64,000 bases of DNA from Ptychomitrium polyphyllum (Eukaryota). Within the stretch, counting starts at the first letter, position 1; every line of letters starts with the position of its first letter. A model generated the notes under the pieces. It was not told where the DNA came from. It did not search any database and was given only the letters and a program-made list of their open reading frames with translations. The stretch lies in NCBI GenBank assembly GCA_973851085.1, contig OZ316776.1:14384001-14448000 (forward strand). Direction: 5' to 3'. Shown one piece after another: positions 26,701 through 39,060 of this stretch. Both the position numbers and the translations under genes were made by a program.

Positions 26701-29700
26701 AAATGATGACAATCCATTTTAATTTTTCAATGATAATAAAAAGTAACAAAATTTACAAATTTGTTAATTTCTTTGTAAATCCAATTCCAAAATTTTTGTC
26801 CAAAATCTTTGGAATTATCCATATTCATATATAATTCGAATTAAAAGAATTTGCAACTAAAATTTTGGAACCAAATACATATTATTTCAAATTTTTTATA
26901 CTAATAATATATTTGAATACAGCGAAAGCCTTCTACTTCAAACTTTTCATTTAAATGTCACTAAAATTATGTTAAATAATACGAGTTTTTCCCATTAAAT
27001 AGAAAATTATTTTTTTGTGAATTAATATTCATTTATCTTATATATGCTCAAATTTTACATCTAAGTTTTTTAAATTTTAAGACCCTTTGTACTTCAACAT
27101 CTTCAATTTCTTTTTCTAGCAATTATTAAATCTTTTGACTTTCCGATGTTTTAATACACCTCACCAAAAATCGACCTTCAAAAGATTGTATAAAGAAAAT
27201 TCACCAATTATGCACGACAATTGAAAACATATAATTTATATTCTATCAACTTAATATTTTAAGGTTGGTGTTAGGAAACATAAGCATATAGTGTACCTCA
27301 ACACCTTTTAAATATATGTTGAAAGACTAAAACTTAGAAGACACCATCACACTCCCAAATTTACTTCAAATATTTGCCAATACAAATGATTTATTCTTCT
27401 AATTTATTTTATCTTAGATAAGTAATCCATGAACAATTCAATAAAAGCTACTATCAATTTGATATAGTGAAAAACCACCACACTTTTAATCATATAGCAA
27501 GCCTTCGCATTTGGTCTAATGATAAAACTCTAACTTCTTGCCACCAAAATTTTATCTAATCCTATTTAAATCCTTATAATCGAGCAATCCAATGACAAAT
27601 TTTAACCAATTTAATTAATACATAAATTAAAAAATATCATAATATTAGCATAATTAAACATAGCAATATCAATTCAATAGCATAATTGAACATCAATTGT
27701 AGTATTTAAATGGTTTAGACAACAAATCACAAGTTTTATTGTTGATAAAATGAATTACTACATATTTCATATAATTTGCCCAATTTTGAATCTTGGTGGA
27801 TTTATATATGTAGAATATATGATGTTTGATGGCTTTGCACTACTTACAAGAAAGATTAAAAACAAGAAATTAATTTGTCACAACCAACATGCTCATGCAA
27901 GCCCTTGAATTTGTAAAATTGATGGGAAAAAAATTAAAAATAAATAATAGGTGTTTCCTTTGGTTATAAGTTGGATTAATTAACTACAAATTTTGCTATA
28001 AATTGGATGTTTAATCTTTAAAATTGTGGATGGAATGGAATAGTCCAATAACATGGTTTTTACAAAATTCAAATGTTTTGATGAATTATAATGTGTTATA
28101 TTGGTAAGGAAATGCTTCCATCCTAATGGAATTATAGCTTTGAAATTGGGTAGCATTGTCATTGGACTAGGGATGATAGTGCTCAAAATTCAAAATCATA
28201 ATTTTATTGAACTGGAGTATCTGCACAAATTGGCAGTTCATAATTCTTCAAAAGTCCAGATTTATTGAAAATCTTATTGATTATTCTCATTATTCTGATT
28301 CAGGCACCATTTGCGCTATGGGACCAATTTTATTTTCAAATGGTTTAATTTACAAGTGAAAGCTGTAGATCTGGATGGAATGAAACTTGTGCAGTGATCT
28401 TTTCCATACTCCACGTGGATTGTAAATTGTATGTATGTGGTCAACCATTGCACAATCCCCTGGGATATTGCCTATCCATGGCCCTGTACTAGTTTGTTGT
28501 GGCTGAGACCCTTGTACATCCTGTGAGTGAAGGATAGGGTTTTGTCAAAGCTTCACTGGTGCCAGCAAGAGTGCAGATGGCTTGCTTCGTTTTCTAATGG
28601 CTGCTGCATGTCTCGCACGGGTTTGGTTGATGATTTTCAAGTCTACATTCATGTTGAGGAATGGACATTGCATGGTTTACTGCAATAACAGTGGTTTGTT
28701 TGTTTTGTGTTTGTCATATTTTTGATTTTAAAGAGGACAGTAAAGAGTGCAACTTGCCATCCTTTTATGCAAATGTTGTTGAAGAATGGTTGTTGACTTT
28801 AATAGCTTCAGTCTTTTCTATGGAAATTGATCACTGCAGTAGCTGAATAGAATAAATTGAATGGTAAGATTGAGATTTGGTTGACCAAAAGGAACATTTT
28901 GGTAAGGTAGCTTCTTTTTGGTAAGGTAGCTTCTTTTTATACCTAGAACATGTTTGTGTTGTTGCTTGCAATTGAGTAATGCACATATCTAGATATTTAG
29001 TTTGGAGTTGTTATAGATTTGAGCATGTAATACAAAGGTAGTTTGCACAACCAAAGAATAATAGTACATGGACTTTTCTTCATTTCTAAAATTTAAAAGG
29101 TACATTCTTTGTAAATTTGTAATAGCAAGACAATATCAAAAATCAAAAGAGGTTTCATTGTATGTGTTTTTGTAACTTGTTTATTTTTCAAATATTCAAA
29201 AGATTGGATGTAATTATATCTAATTTTTCTTTTTCCAATTCTATAATATTTGTAAAAATGCCTAATTGAACTTTTTGTATGAACTTTTTTTTAGCATTCT
29301 ACCAACCTTATGGAAGTAAAATGGTAAAGAATGTGTGTCTTTTAATGGATGTATGAAGCTATTTGTGTAATAACCATTGCAATTTTTTTTGGATTTGTTT
29401 GCATGTTTGTTGCCATTTATATTAGCATGGATACAAAATTTATATGTGTATTTAAAAGATACATTTATTTGTGTATTTAAAAGATACATTTTTTTCCATT
29501 TATAAAAACAACTGATGTTTTATTAAAAAAAAATTTAGCATTTAAATGGGATAATGTAATGCCATGAGTTCAATATGGATATCATTGTAAGTCTAAAATG
29601 ATTAAGATAGTAGCAGCATAATGATCATTTGTATTGCATATGTAGTCCTTGTGATGCTTTTTGGGCATCATCATTGTAAATAAGAGATTATGAATTGCCT

Positions 29701-32116
29701 TATAGTCTGTATTAAAAGGCAATACTAAGCAAATTAAAGCCTTTCCATAGTTGATGCCTTCACCCAAAAATATTTGTTTTCAAATAAGGTCCAAAGAAGT
29801 TTTGCATTCTTAAAGCATATTTACCAAAAGTGAAACAAAAAAATTTAAGCAAAATTTCAAATTTGCATTATAAAGAGCAAAATTATTATTTTGTAGAATT
29901 TAGAAAAGACTATAATAAATATAGTTGGCTGCTTTTAGATCATAGTCATGTCATAGATAGCATGAAGGATGATTATATAAAGAATTTGATGAAAATTATT
30001 TCTAAGAAAAAAAGGCATTGGTTGTCTTCAAGTGTCTTTAGATATAAAGCACAATATTGGAGTGAAAATCATCTTCATGCAATAACCACTAAATGGTACT
30101 TGAGCATAATTTCTTTTAGAAATTATGCAACCAAATTCTAATGTTTTTAATACTTTTGAAGTATTACGTTATAAATTCTTTAAAGATGTAAAATGCTTTG
30201 GAAGAGCTAAATCATAATTAATTCTAAATATAAATTATGTGGAACGTGTCCCACTAATATTAAATGTCAACAAGCTTTTGATTGGAAATAATAAGACACT
30301 ATATAAATTGTTTATGAATCATGTCACTTACATAGCGATTTACAATGACACCATTAAGACACTAAAAACTATTTTCACTGTAGTGTGCGAGTTGATTCTC
30401 CTTCCCAGCTTTGAAGTCAGTTGCCATACAGTGCAATGAAAAAAATCTACATATTGTAAATGTTTCCTGGCGGCCTCCTTGTGTGCTGACTGGATTGATT
30501 TCCCAATTGGTAGCCTGAAAACCTGCTTACCTTTAGCACAGAAAACATTCATCATGTCAAAAATACTCAAAAGATGTTTCTGGACAAAGTACTCACAACG
30601 TTGGAAATATATCTTCTGTACTGAAAATAAGAATTATAAAAAAATAAGTCAGAGAATGGACGAAGGTACTGGGCCAAAGCTTGCAGTTGAAAGCAACCCC
30701 GATTTGTGTAAAATCGAACAAACTCGAAAGAAATTCTCTCTTACATCGAACACGACAACAGCTATCACTCAACGTGAGCGGAATTAGAGTCATCATGCCA
30801 TGATTCGTCCTTCCTGTTCAATTTTTTTTGAAAACGATAAAAAGATTCACGCTTCTTGGCTGTAGCCTATTGTCTTGATCTATTGTCTTCACCTACTAGT
30901 CTCCACCTATTGACCTTGCAATGGAGTAAAGTTTCTAATCATACCAAAACTAGACCAAACTAAATAATAAAATGATAAAATGATTCTTTTCCCAAGTCAA
31001 CTGGCTACTGGTTTTGGACTAGAGAAATATGTCTCGACTGTCCAGCACAGTGCAGTACAATAGAATGGAGTAGAGTCGAGTAGAGAGTACGGCATTCAAA
31101 CCGATCGACGCTTCGTGCATCGGTGACACTTCGTACATCGTGACATCCGTGAGTCTGAGAACGCGAGGCGAGATGAACATTGCAAAGAATTACGAGATGA
31201 ACGTTGCGAAGCGGATGACAGGGCGGCCGAGCGCTACTCTCGAGGGGATGAGATTCGCCTTGGAAAACCATCCAGTGGGAGAAAGCCACTTGCGTATTTG
31301 CGCTGCTGCAGCATTGGCGACCTCACCAGCATTCATTGCAGCGCTCGTGTGCAGGTATCCCAGTCCGCTTCTGTAGCAAAAGTGCCGTCTTGCGAGAGCG
31401 TAAAGTGTGAGCCTGTGTCACAGAGTACTAGGATAATACTTTACAGTGGTCAATTGCACCGAACCAGCCTTCAACCTTAAGCGAGTTTAACCATTCTAGT
31501 TATTCGAGCTCAAGTTGTGGTCGTGAGCGTCACCGCATCATCTGACAGGGTGTCGACAAAGGGCGTGGGAAGAATTCGTGCGGAAGAATGGCAACGGATT
31601 TATGAGTTCTACTTCTCTCCATGTGCTCAACTAACCTTTGGCTGCTAAAGAATCCATCTGTTTTATGAGCACAACCTCTTTTGAGATCATCTGAACCCTG
31701 CCTGCGTGCTTGAAGATGCGGAGATGATGGAGCTGTGGTTGCTCATCTAGCCATTATGTATGTGGGTATGGGAGACAGGAAATGGAAATCCGGGGAATCT
31801 GTGCGGCATGAGAGACACGGTGTGAATCGTGAAGGGAAGAGTGTGTCGAGAGTGTTTGGTCCAAGGGAGGGTATTTTTGAAGGAAGTCGAGGAGTGGGGA
31901 GTTGGGGGTTGTATTTAGTGCGGCGTGAGTAGTGGGGTAGGGGGGAGTTGGAGTGTAGTAGTTAGTTGGGTGTTGTCATGTTGTTTGGGGTGAAAATGGA
32001 TGAGCAGAAGATATTTGTGCGGTGCGCGGGAGGTGGGAAGAAAAAGGGGGAAAGTGTGTGAGCACTGGTTGACGGGGTGGGGAGGGAGGAAGGGGTTCTT
32101 GGGTCATGCTTGCGGC

Positions 32117-34531
32117 ATGGCGTCTCGGTGGCGGCGAGAGGACTACGACAAGGTGAAGCACGACAAGTGCTTCTCGGAGTGGAAGGTGAGCAGCCTTTTC
32201 AAACTCTCCACACGTACTTTTTTGGTTTCTTCAGAAAAAGTTAATCCTCAAAATTCTCACCAATTCATCACCCAAAGGCTTTGAGCAGGAGGATTTTTCT
32301 GTCGCATCCCCATTCGCATTGAACCGTTCGACCCGTTGAATACTCTTGAGTTTGGAAATAGTTTGAGGTTTGAAGTAGCGTGGATGGCGAGTCGATTGAA
32401 ATGGCCGGGTTGATGGAATCGCTGTGGTGCGCAGGTGCTGGTGGGTCCTTCCGACTGGAGCCAGCAAGGCCAAGGTGGCGAGCGGTTCCGGTCTCGCAAT
32501 CTGCCCGACCCGCATGTGGGGTCTGGGGTTTATGAGCTGGGGGTGACACTTCCCGCCTGGAAGACAGTGGATCGCTTCAGCGAAAGCAGGAGCCTGAAAT
32601 CTGAAGACATCGTGGTTGTGTACGTCGGCCATGCCGAGCACATGCGCAAACGATTGCAGCGTTATGGGCAAGAGGGCGCATATCTCGAAGGGCCAAGGTC
32701 AGTCACACCCCTAAACCTAATTTCCCGCCTCTAACTCGCATGTGCCTGAATTCATCCAATTTTTCAGTTTCTATCTTCTGATCCCTTCTTTCAATCATCT
32801 AAAGGTCCCCGAAATCGCCGACGGCCAACAAAGTCCCGGATCTCAATTTTGGACACTTGAAGGAAACTTCGCAAAGCAGCAACGGCGAGGAGCATCTGTG
32901 CAAGTATAGTCAGACAGCGTTCGAGGACAGGTCGTCACGCATCGGCGGTAGGAAGGGCAGCAGATTAGATATACCATTGAGTGTCCCTCAGAGCCGCATT
33001 GCCGTCGCTGAGTCTGTGTCGCCCAAAGCGCGAGGAAAATCTCCACGCGGCCCACGTCTGTTTTCTGAGGTTTTCGCTCTTGGATGCTTTGTAGCGTTCC
33101 GATGGGCATCGGTAAGAGAATTCCTACTCACTTCCAGATCATCACGAAACTAATCTTCCCACCAGTTGGCAATTGCAACTTTATTATGCAAATGAGATGG
33201 CTGCGTCTGAGTTTTATGCAATCATATGATCCAACTGGCTAGTGGATTGGTATGGCAATGTGTTGTTGTCAGCGAACATAGCAAGCACTTATGTTATAAT
33301 GTATTAAGAATGCTTGACTTCAGCTTATTTGAGGATGTCACTGTGTTATGTGTCTAATTTTGTGAATTAGTGACAAAATTTGTCTGTGGATTAGTGACAC
33401 TGAATAGAAGCCGATGCTGCTATAATTGTGCAGACCAGCAGCAAAGAGGTAGCCGAATACGTAGTTCAAGATCTGACCGAATTTTTTGATTATGCTTGGA
33501 ACCGAGGAGGAAATTCTCACGTCCGGTCTCAAGACATTCTTGGGAAAATTGTGCTTGGGAAACGAGCTCCTGATACTCCTTGCTGTACAAGGACTAGCTC
33601 TAGATGGAGTGGGTTTCCGTTCATGAAAAAGCCTGTAGTCGGCATCAAGATTGCAGCTCACAGGCCCACTAGAACGAGAACAATGAGATTAGGTCAAAGT
33701 GGAGAGTCAGGGCTAAGCAGGTTTTTTATGCTCCTGAGAAAGAGTCTCCGTTTGATGGTCATTGGTGGAAACGCTGCAAAGCACAGTGAGTTCACCAAAA
33801 TCAACATCCCCGTGGACCGGTGCGGCGCGTTGTTAGAATCCGGGCTTGTGTGTAATGCCTTACCTCAGAAGGGCCGCAAACGGTGTCTCATGCACATGCA
33901 CATGAATTCCAAGAGGACAAGCCGAAGGAAATCTTCCCAAGTAGCCTCTCAGGACTTCAGAAGTGGGAGCCTCGCAAGCGATTCACAGGAACCCGCCAGT
34001 TATGACTCCCAAAAAGGCTCATCTGTAATCAAAGTTCCAATCTCATGTTTTCCGTTTCGGATTCCTAGGAGGCCGAAGCAAAAGGATCCGAAACGGAAAG
34101 GCAGCGTCTCTTTTAACACATGGTTAACCCGAAGCGTAGAGCTTAAGGCCAAGAGTATAGAGTGGTTGTTGGCTATGGAGGAGATCAAGAACAGAAGCTA
34201 CAACAACGACGATTGTAGTACGTCACCCATTCTGAGGCCAGAAAATTTCTCACCTAAAAATATCACCCCTAGCGAAGAGTTGGACCATCCAGGCTGGGAT
34301 GGAACTCTGAGCAATCTCAACCAAGACTTGGGGACACTGCGTGAGCAGGGAATTTCTGATTTAAACGGAGAAGACATACATAACTATCCGAGCGTGGACA
34401 GTGGCATGCCATACTCAATTGTGTCAAGGGGGTCGCCTGTTCGGTGGCGTCCAGCTCCAGCTCCAAACTTGAGTGAGACTTATGCCACCCGCTACGTTGC
34501 TCCTCCGTTTCCAAGCATAAGGTTTTCGTGA
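32117..34531 (+). CDS. ET: EFFECTOR OF TRANSCRIPTION (ET/HRT) family protein, GIY-YIG-like domain plus one ET zinc repeat; exons 32117-32185, 32435-32697, 32805-33111, 33434-34531
   Basis: RREDYDKVKHDKCFSEWKVLVGPSDW, GVYELGV, VVVYVGHA..RLQRYG, FDYAWNRGGN, CGALLESGLVCNALPQKGRKRCLMH; GT-AG introns in phase. Confidence 0.92.
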
Positions 34532-34966
34532 AAGCATCCTTGACATCAAATATCTTGGTGTAGTCACCGTTGAATCAGTCTGTTCTGACTGCGTTGCATA
34601 CGGTCCATGTAATATTGCCTTACTGGTTTTTCCTTTAGTTGAGATGGCAGAGCACTTGTATCATAACATCAGCGTGGCATTTTTTCAGTCTCAGCGTCAT
34701 ACGTCTTCCAGAGCTTCGTAGCTGTTCTCTAGAATCAGAAAACTTGTTCTGATTACCTGATTACGATTATTCTTTTCAGCTGTTAGTGGAGGGAAGGCAC
34801 CGAATTATCTAGGATTTTTGCGTTCCGGAAGGGACGCGTAGTTGTGCAGTGGTGCGACACTGTATGTGTCATGTCAATTTGACTGATATTTGTGCATATT
34901 ATGATTCAAATTCATGGTCAAGATTCATCCTTCGTAATTACTTGTTTCAAGAATCGCCATATTCTG

Positions 34967-35044
34967 TGACGTGATGTAATATTCATGAGTCGAGATACAT
35001 GACGTGATACATGACGTGATGTAATATTCATGAGTCGAGATACA
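34967..35044. repeat. Local duplication: 33-bp unit twice with a 12-bp partial copy between
   Basis: TGACGTGATGTAATATTCATGAGTCGAGATACA at 34967 and 35012. Confidence 0.85.
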
Positions 35045-36019
35045 GAAAGTTTAGTATATCAGATTTGTAAGACATAAACTGATTAAACCATTTTGATTCT
35101 AAATATGTAATAATTATTTTTTTGGAGTGCTCAATGAACAAATTACACATTCTATAACAAAAAAAATTGTAAAAGAAGAATTGAACCTAAGGCATTATCA
35201 CAATCATTAAAACCCACTTGATAGCCAAGTGTAGCCCTCATCCAAGTAGTTATTATATTTAAAAAAAAAAAGTGTTTTATGGTTTTTCATGTATATTAAG
35301 CAATTAAATATTTGATTCAAGTGTTATGATTTTTAAAAATTTAACTATCACATGAATTTGGTTTAGTAAATTGTAAAACTAAAGGCTTTCTACTAGATGT
35401 AATTCATCATTAAAATTCTTTCATGTATTAAAAGAATATTAATATACAAAAAAGTATAATTCCTATTAAATGTTATGGTATTAATAGCTTGTAGTCACAT
35501 ATAGAATAATAGTCAACACATAGTATTATAATTGTCTTAGCCTATTAAGCCGTTGTAGTTGTCATAGCCTATCAAGCCATCTTTTGATTTAACAAGATAA
35601 ATGTCTACATGTTGAATCTTATTGATTAAGTTGATTGTTAGTATGTTTGTAGTAGAAAGTTTATACATTGGACCATGAACTTGTTACTTAAGAATTTGAG
35701 AACAAAGTTCATTTTCAAGTCATTAGTTCTTTTAAATTCTTAATGAGTGGATGGTGAACTCATGTGTATTTTTCATCATTAAATTTCTATCCCATAACAA
35801 TGTATTTATCATATATTTTTATACTACAATTAATAAGTTATCAATATTATTCATAATTATAATCATAGTTAAAAATCATACATATAATCATAATTGTTGT
35901 GATTCTCATCTCCATTATGATTTGTAATTATGATCTGTAATTCGTGTGATATCTTTATCCTGTGATATCCAATTACCATATCCATGTCGAACTTGCAACA
36001 AGAACCCCTGGTAAGGTAT

Positions 36020-36390
36020 CTACCACGTCACACATTCCAATAAGTTGATTGCTTTGACTTTCAATCAAGTATATAAATTTGTAACGCCGTTGTTGCACCG
36101 CCTTCAATTGAAGCAGGTGAACAAACACTTACGTACAATAAACTTGAGCTTTGGGTGTCGCATTTGGAATTTTCCAACAAGCTAGGCATATTTGAATCAC
36201 GAGATTCCAATTCTGCATGACTCCCTCTACATCGATTTTAGCGTCACCACAAAAGGCCTCCAGAGTTGTCTTTCCCTTTTAAAATACAGCGCCCGAAACG
36301 GTACAATGAAACGTGTTACTCAGTAAGGACACCATCTGGCATTCCCAGCGCGTGGATCCGCCAAGACAGGCTGACACATGTCGACCACCC
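36020..36390 (+). promoter_or_regulatory. Cluster of ABA/dehydration-type cis motifs upstream of RCI2
   Basis: CACGTC (~36024), ACGTGT (36311), CGCGTGG coupling-element-like (36349), GTCGAC DRE-like (36380). Short motifs; function inferred from the known stress induction of the RCI2 family. Confidence 0.4.
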
Positions 36391-36577
36391 ATTAAATTAG
36401 ACCCGGAGTGAGGGTACTAATCTATGCCAAAGCTGGCTGAACAGCACTCATTCTCTCATCTTTCAAGCTGGACATCATCTTCACCGGCTACTCTCTAAGC
36501 TCCGAACTTCCTGTCTGCGTGTGTTAAAACTGTCTGCTTGAGAGAAAGGTTGCACATTTTCTCTTGCATTTTCCAAG

Positions 36578-37393
36578 ATGCCGATCGGTTCGAGGGGCGC
36601 TTATACGTTCGTGGACGTGCTGTTGGCCATCATCTTGCCTCCGTTGGGCGTCTTCCTTAAATATGGGCTCAGAGTGAGTTGTTTCAGGGCTAATATCAGC
36701 ACTGATGTCTGATCTGTTTGCATTTTTTTCCGGTTTTTTGTCGTCCTTGAACATGGGGACGCCAGTCTTGGAAAGGGGTGGAATGATGCACAGCTGATAG
36801 CGGTCCTTCGACTTTAGTTTGGGATGTTAGTTGTTGTGCTTTGGAGATATAAATGTGCGTCGTAAATCTTTCCCTTGCTCGCTATAGCACCTAAACTGAT
36901 TCTTGTTCATTAGTTTTGAACACATGCTACTTTCTTCTTAAAACGTGGACTGTTGGGAAGTGTGTGGTAAGTTTTAATTACTTTTCTAGAGCTGTTTTGA
37001 TCTAAAGCTAAAAAATTCCCGGTAGCTACTGGATAATGTTCGTCCTTTCCTGCAGATAAATAAATGCTTTTTTCTTTTATAGAATTTTGAGTTATTTTTT
37101 AAAAGGGAGCTGGAAGACATGGTATTAAAGGGATTATTCCTGTCCCGTACTTCTGTGGGTCACAATGCTTTAGTGAAATCCCAGATGTTATGGTATCTAG
37201 ATTTCTATTATCTTAGTACAATCTTAGACTTGAATATGCTGCAGCACTCGCCGAAATTACAACTTACTCTCAATTTCTCATCCTTTTTATCTTGGTTGTG
37301 ATTGTGCAGAGTGAGTTCTGGATCTGTCTCGTGCTTACAATCTTAGGGTACCTTCCTGGCATCATCTATGCCGTTTACGTCATTGTTGGTTAG
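36578..37393 (+). CDS. RCI2: RCI2/LTI6/PMP3 small hydrophobic membrane protein, 59 aa; exons 36578-36673, 37310-37393 (absent from the ORF track)
   Basis: MPIGSRGAYTFVDVLLAIILPPLGVFLKYGLR|SEFWICLVLTILGYLPGIIYAVYVIVG*. Confidence 0.95.
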
Positions 37394-37878
37394 ACTTATT
37401 CTGTGGGAAAAATGGTGCCCGTTACTATGCTGCTAATAAAAGTTCATTTGAGCAGTGCACAAATTCATTTACCAGGATGGAACCAAAGGACAACGCAACT
37501 CAGAGATGCTTTTCAAGTTCCTAGACCTGATGTGGGAGTGGACATGGATGGGTGAGGATACTGCATGATGCTCATTAGATTTTAGGGCATGTACAGGGAG
37601 GTAGTGTACTTCTACATGGGGAATGTCTATGAAAGAGAGCAGGACAAGTGCACTATCCTTTTGATTTTGAAGTGGATTTTGGCTGTTATGTTTCCTTGAT
37701 GGGAACTTGTCCCATATTGTTTTATTACCTACAAACATTGTCACCTGAATTGTCTACATTTTTGGGTTGTGGGATGTATCAAATGCCTAGATTCTGGTGG
37801 AAGTATAATGGTGCTGTTTGCATCGCTTATGGTTACATGTACTAAGATATTTTCGTGAATCTGGAGCCCTGAATGAAG

Positions 37879-37989
37879 TTGGTTATAGGTAATCAATCTC
37901 TTGTCTTGGTTATAGGTAATCAATCTCTTGTCTTGGTTATAGGTAATCAATCTCTTGTCTTGGTTATAGGTAATCAATCTCTTGTCTTG
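37879..37989. repeat. Minisatellite, 27-bp unit x4, perfect
   Basis: TTGGTTATAGGTAATCAATCTCTTGTC repeated four times. Confidence 0.97.
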
Positions 37990-38859
37990 AGCCTTAAACA
38001 TTTCACAACTAGGGCTAGGACGACCCTCTACACTATTCACCTAAGTCTACACTCGTGGACCATTTGTTAGGATGGTTCACCAATTTCTAAATTTTATTCT
38101 TAGATTAATTCCGAAATGGAGCGTTATCTTAACTCTGGTTGAAGAAAGTTACGGCATTAACATCATCTAAGATATCAAAATTTGTTTGTTTTTGAAGTAA
38201 ATGACAGTCACCAATTTTTTCGTTGCACCAAAGATGTGGAGATGCTTCTATTTGCAATGCTCTGAATGCAAGACGGGATATCATTGCACCTAACTAACCT
38301 AATGAGCATCACATGTAATTACCGAAATACTCAAATTCCGATCCTTTACAGTCCTTTGATGAACAGACAAGCTAATTTTTCTGGCCTGCCAGTGTTTCTT
38401 ATTCATCGCCGTGTGCATACTCTTCGTAAACCATTCTCTCGAAACTGTTACAAAAAATAGTCTAATGCACATGCATGTTATCAGTTCTGATTTCGATCGA
38501 CCAGAAGTCAACCAAAAGTTTTTGCCACCAACGGAATTTTGCTCCAGGATTCTTCCTCGCAAGCGATGTTCTAAATCTGCAGTCCTGGCGTACAAACATA
38601 TTCGAGATTATGGTATCTACTCATGAAGCGTTCTGATGGAGCCTCGACCGCAATTGGCTTGTCATTCTTGAAGAAAGACAGCTCTTGCACGTATCATATG
38701 CACTCTTATCATGCCTCTAAGTACATTGCCTCTGGTATTTGATTGGTATTGTGCAAGTGTTACAGCTACTGAAATTAATTAAATCTGTGTACAGATTGGT
38801 GTTTGAACTAAATATAACGGAATCAAGAGAGATACGAACACTCTAGCCTCGACTTATGC

Positions 38860-38971
38860 AGCCAAATAAACCTTTATTCAAATCCTATTGAATAAAGGTT
38901 TATTTGGCTACTTCCGAGCAGGCCAAAACTACTTCCGAGCAGGCCAAAACTACTTCCGAGCAGGCCAAAAC
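38860..38971. repeat. Perfect 22-bp-stem hairpin overlapping the start of a 21-bp x3 tandem repeat
   Basis: AGCCAAATAAACCTTTATTCAA-ATCCTA-TTGAATAAAGGTTTATTTGGCT, then CTACTTCCGAGCAGGCCAAAA three times (38908-38970). Confidence 0.95.
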
Positions 38972-39060
38972 CTTCAGACACAGCAGCCAGCGAATATCTA
39001 TTCAAAGATGAAATAAAACAAAATGCTACGTAATCAGCGCGTTCTAGGCTTCAAAAAACG

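Noticed and set aside
27900..30200. AT-rich region with short ORFs that might be decayed transposon coding sequence
   Set aside because: No motif I could assign to a family.
37879..37989. CRISPR-like array
   Set aside because: Repeats are head-to-tail with no unique spacers, there are no cas genes, and the context is eukaryotic.
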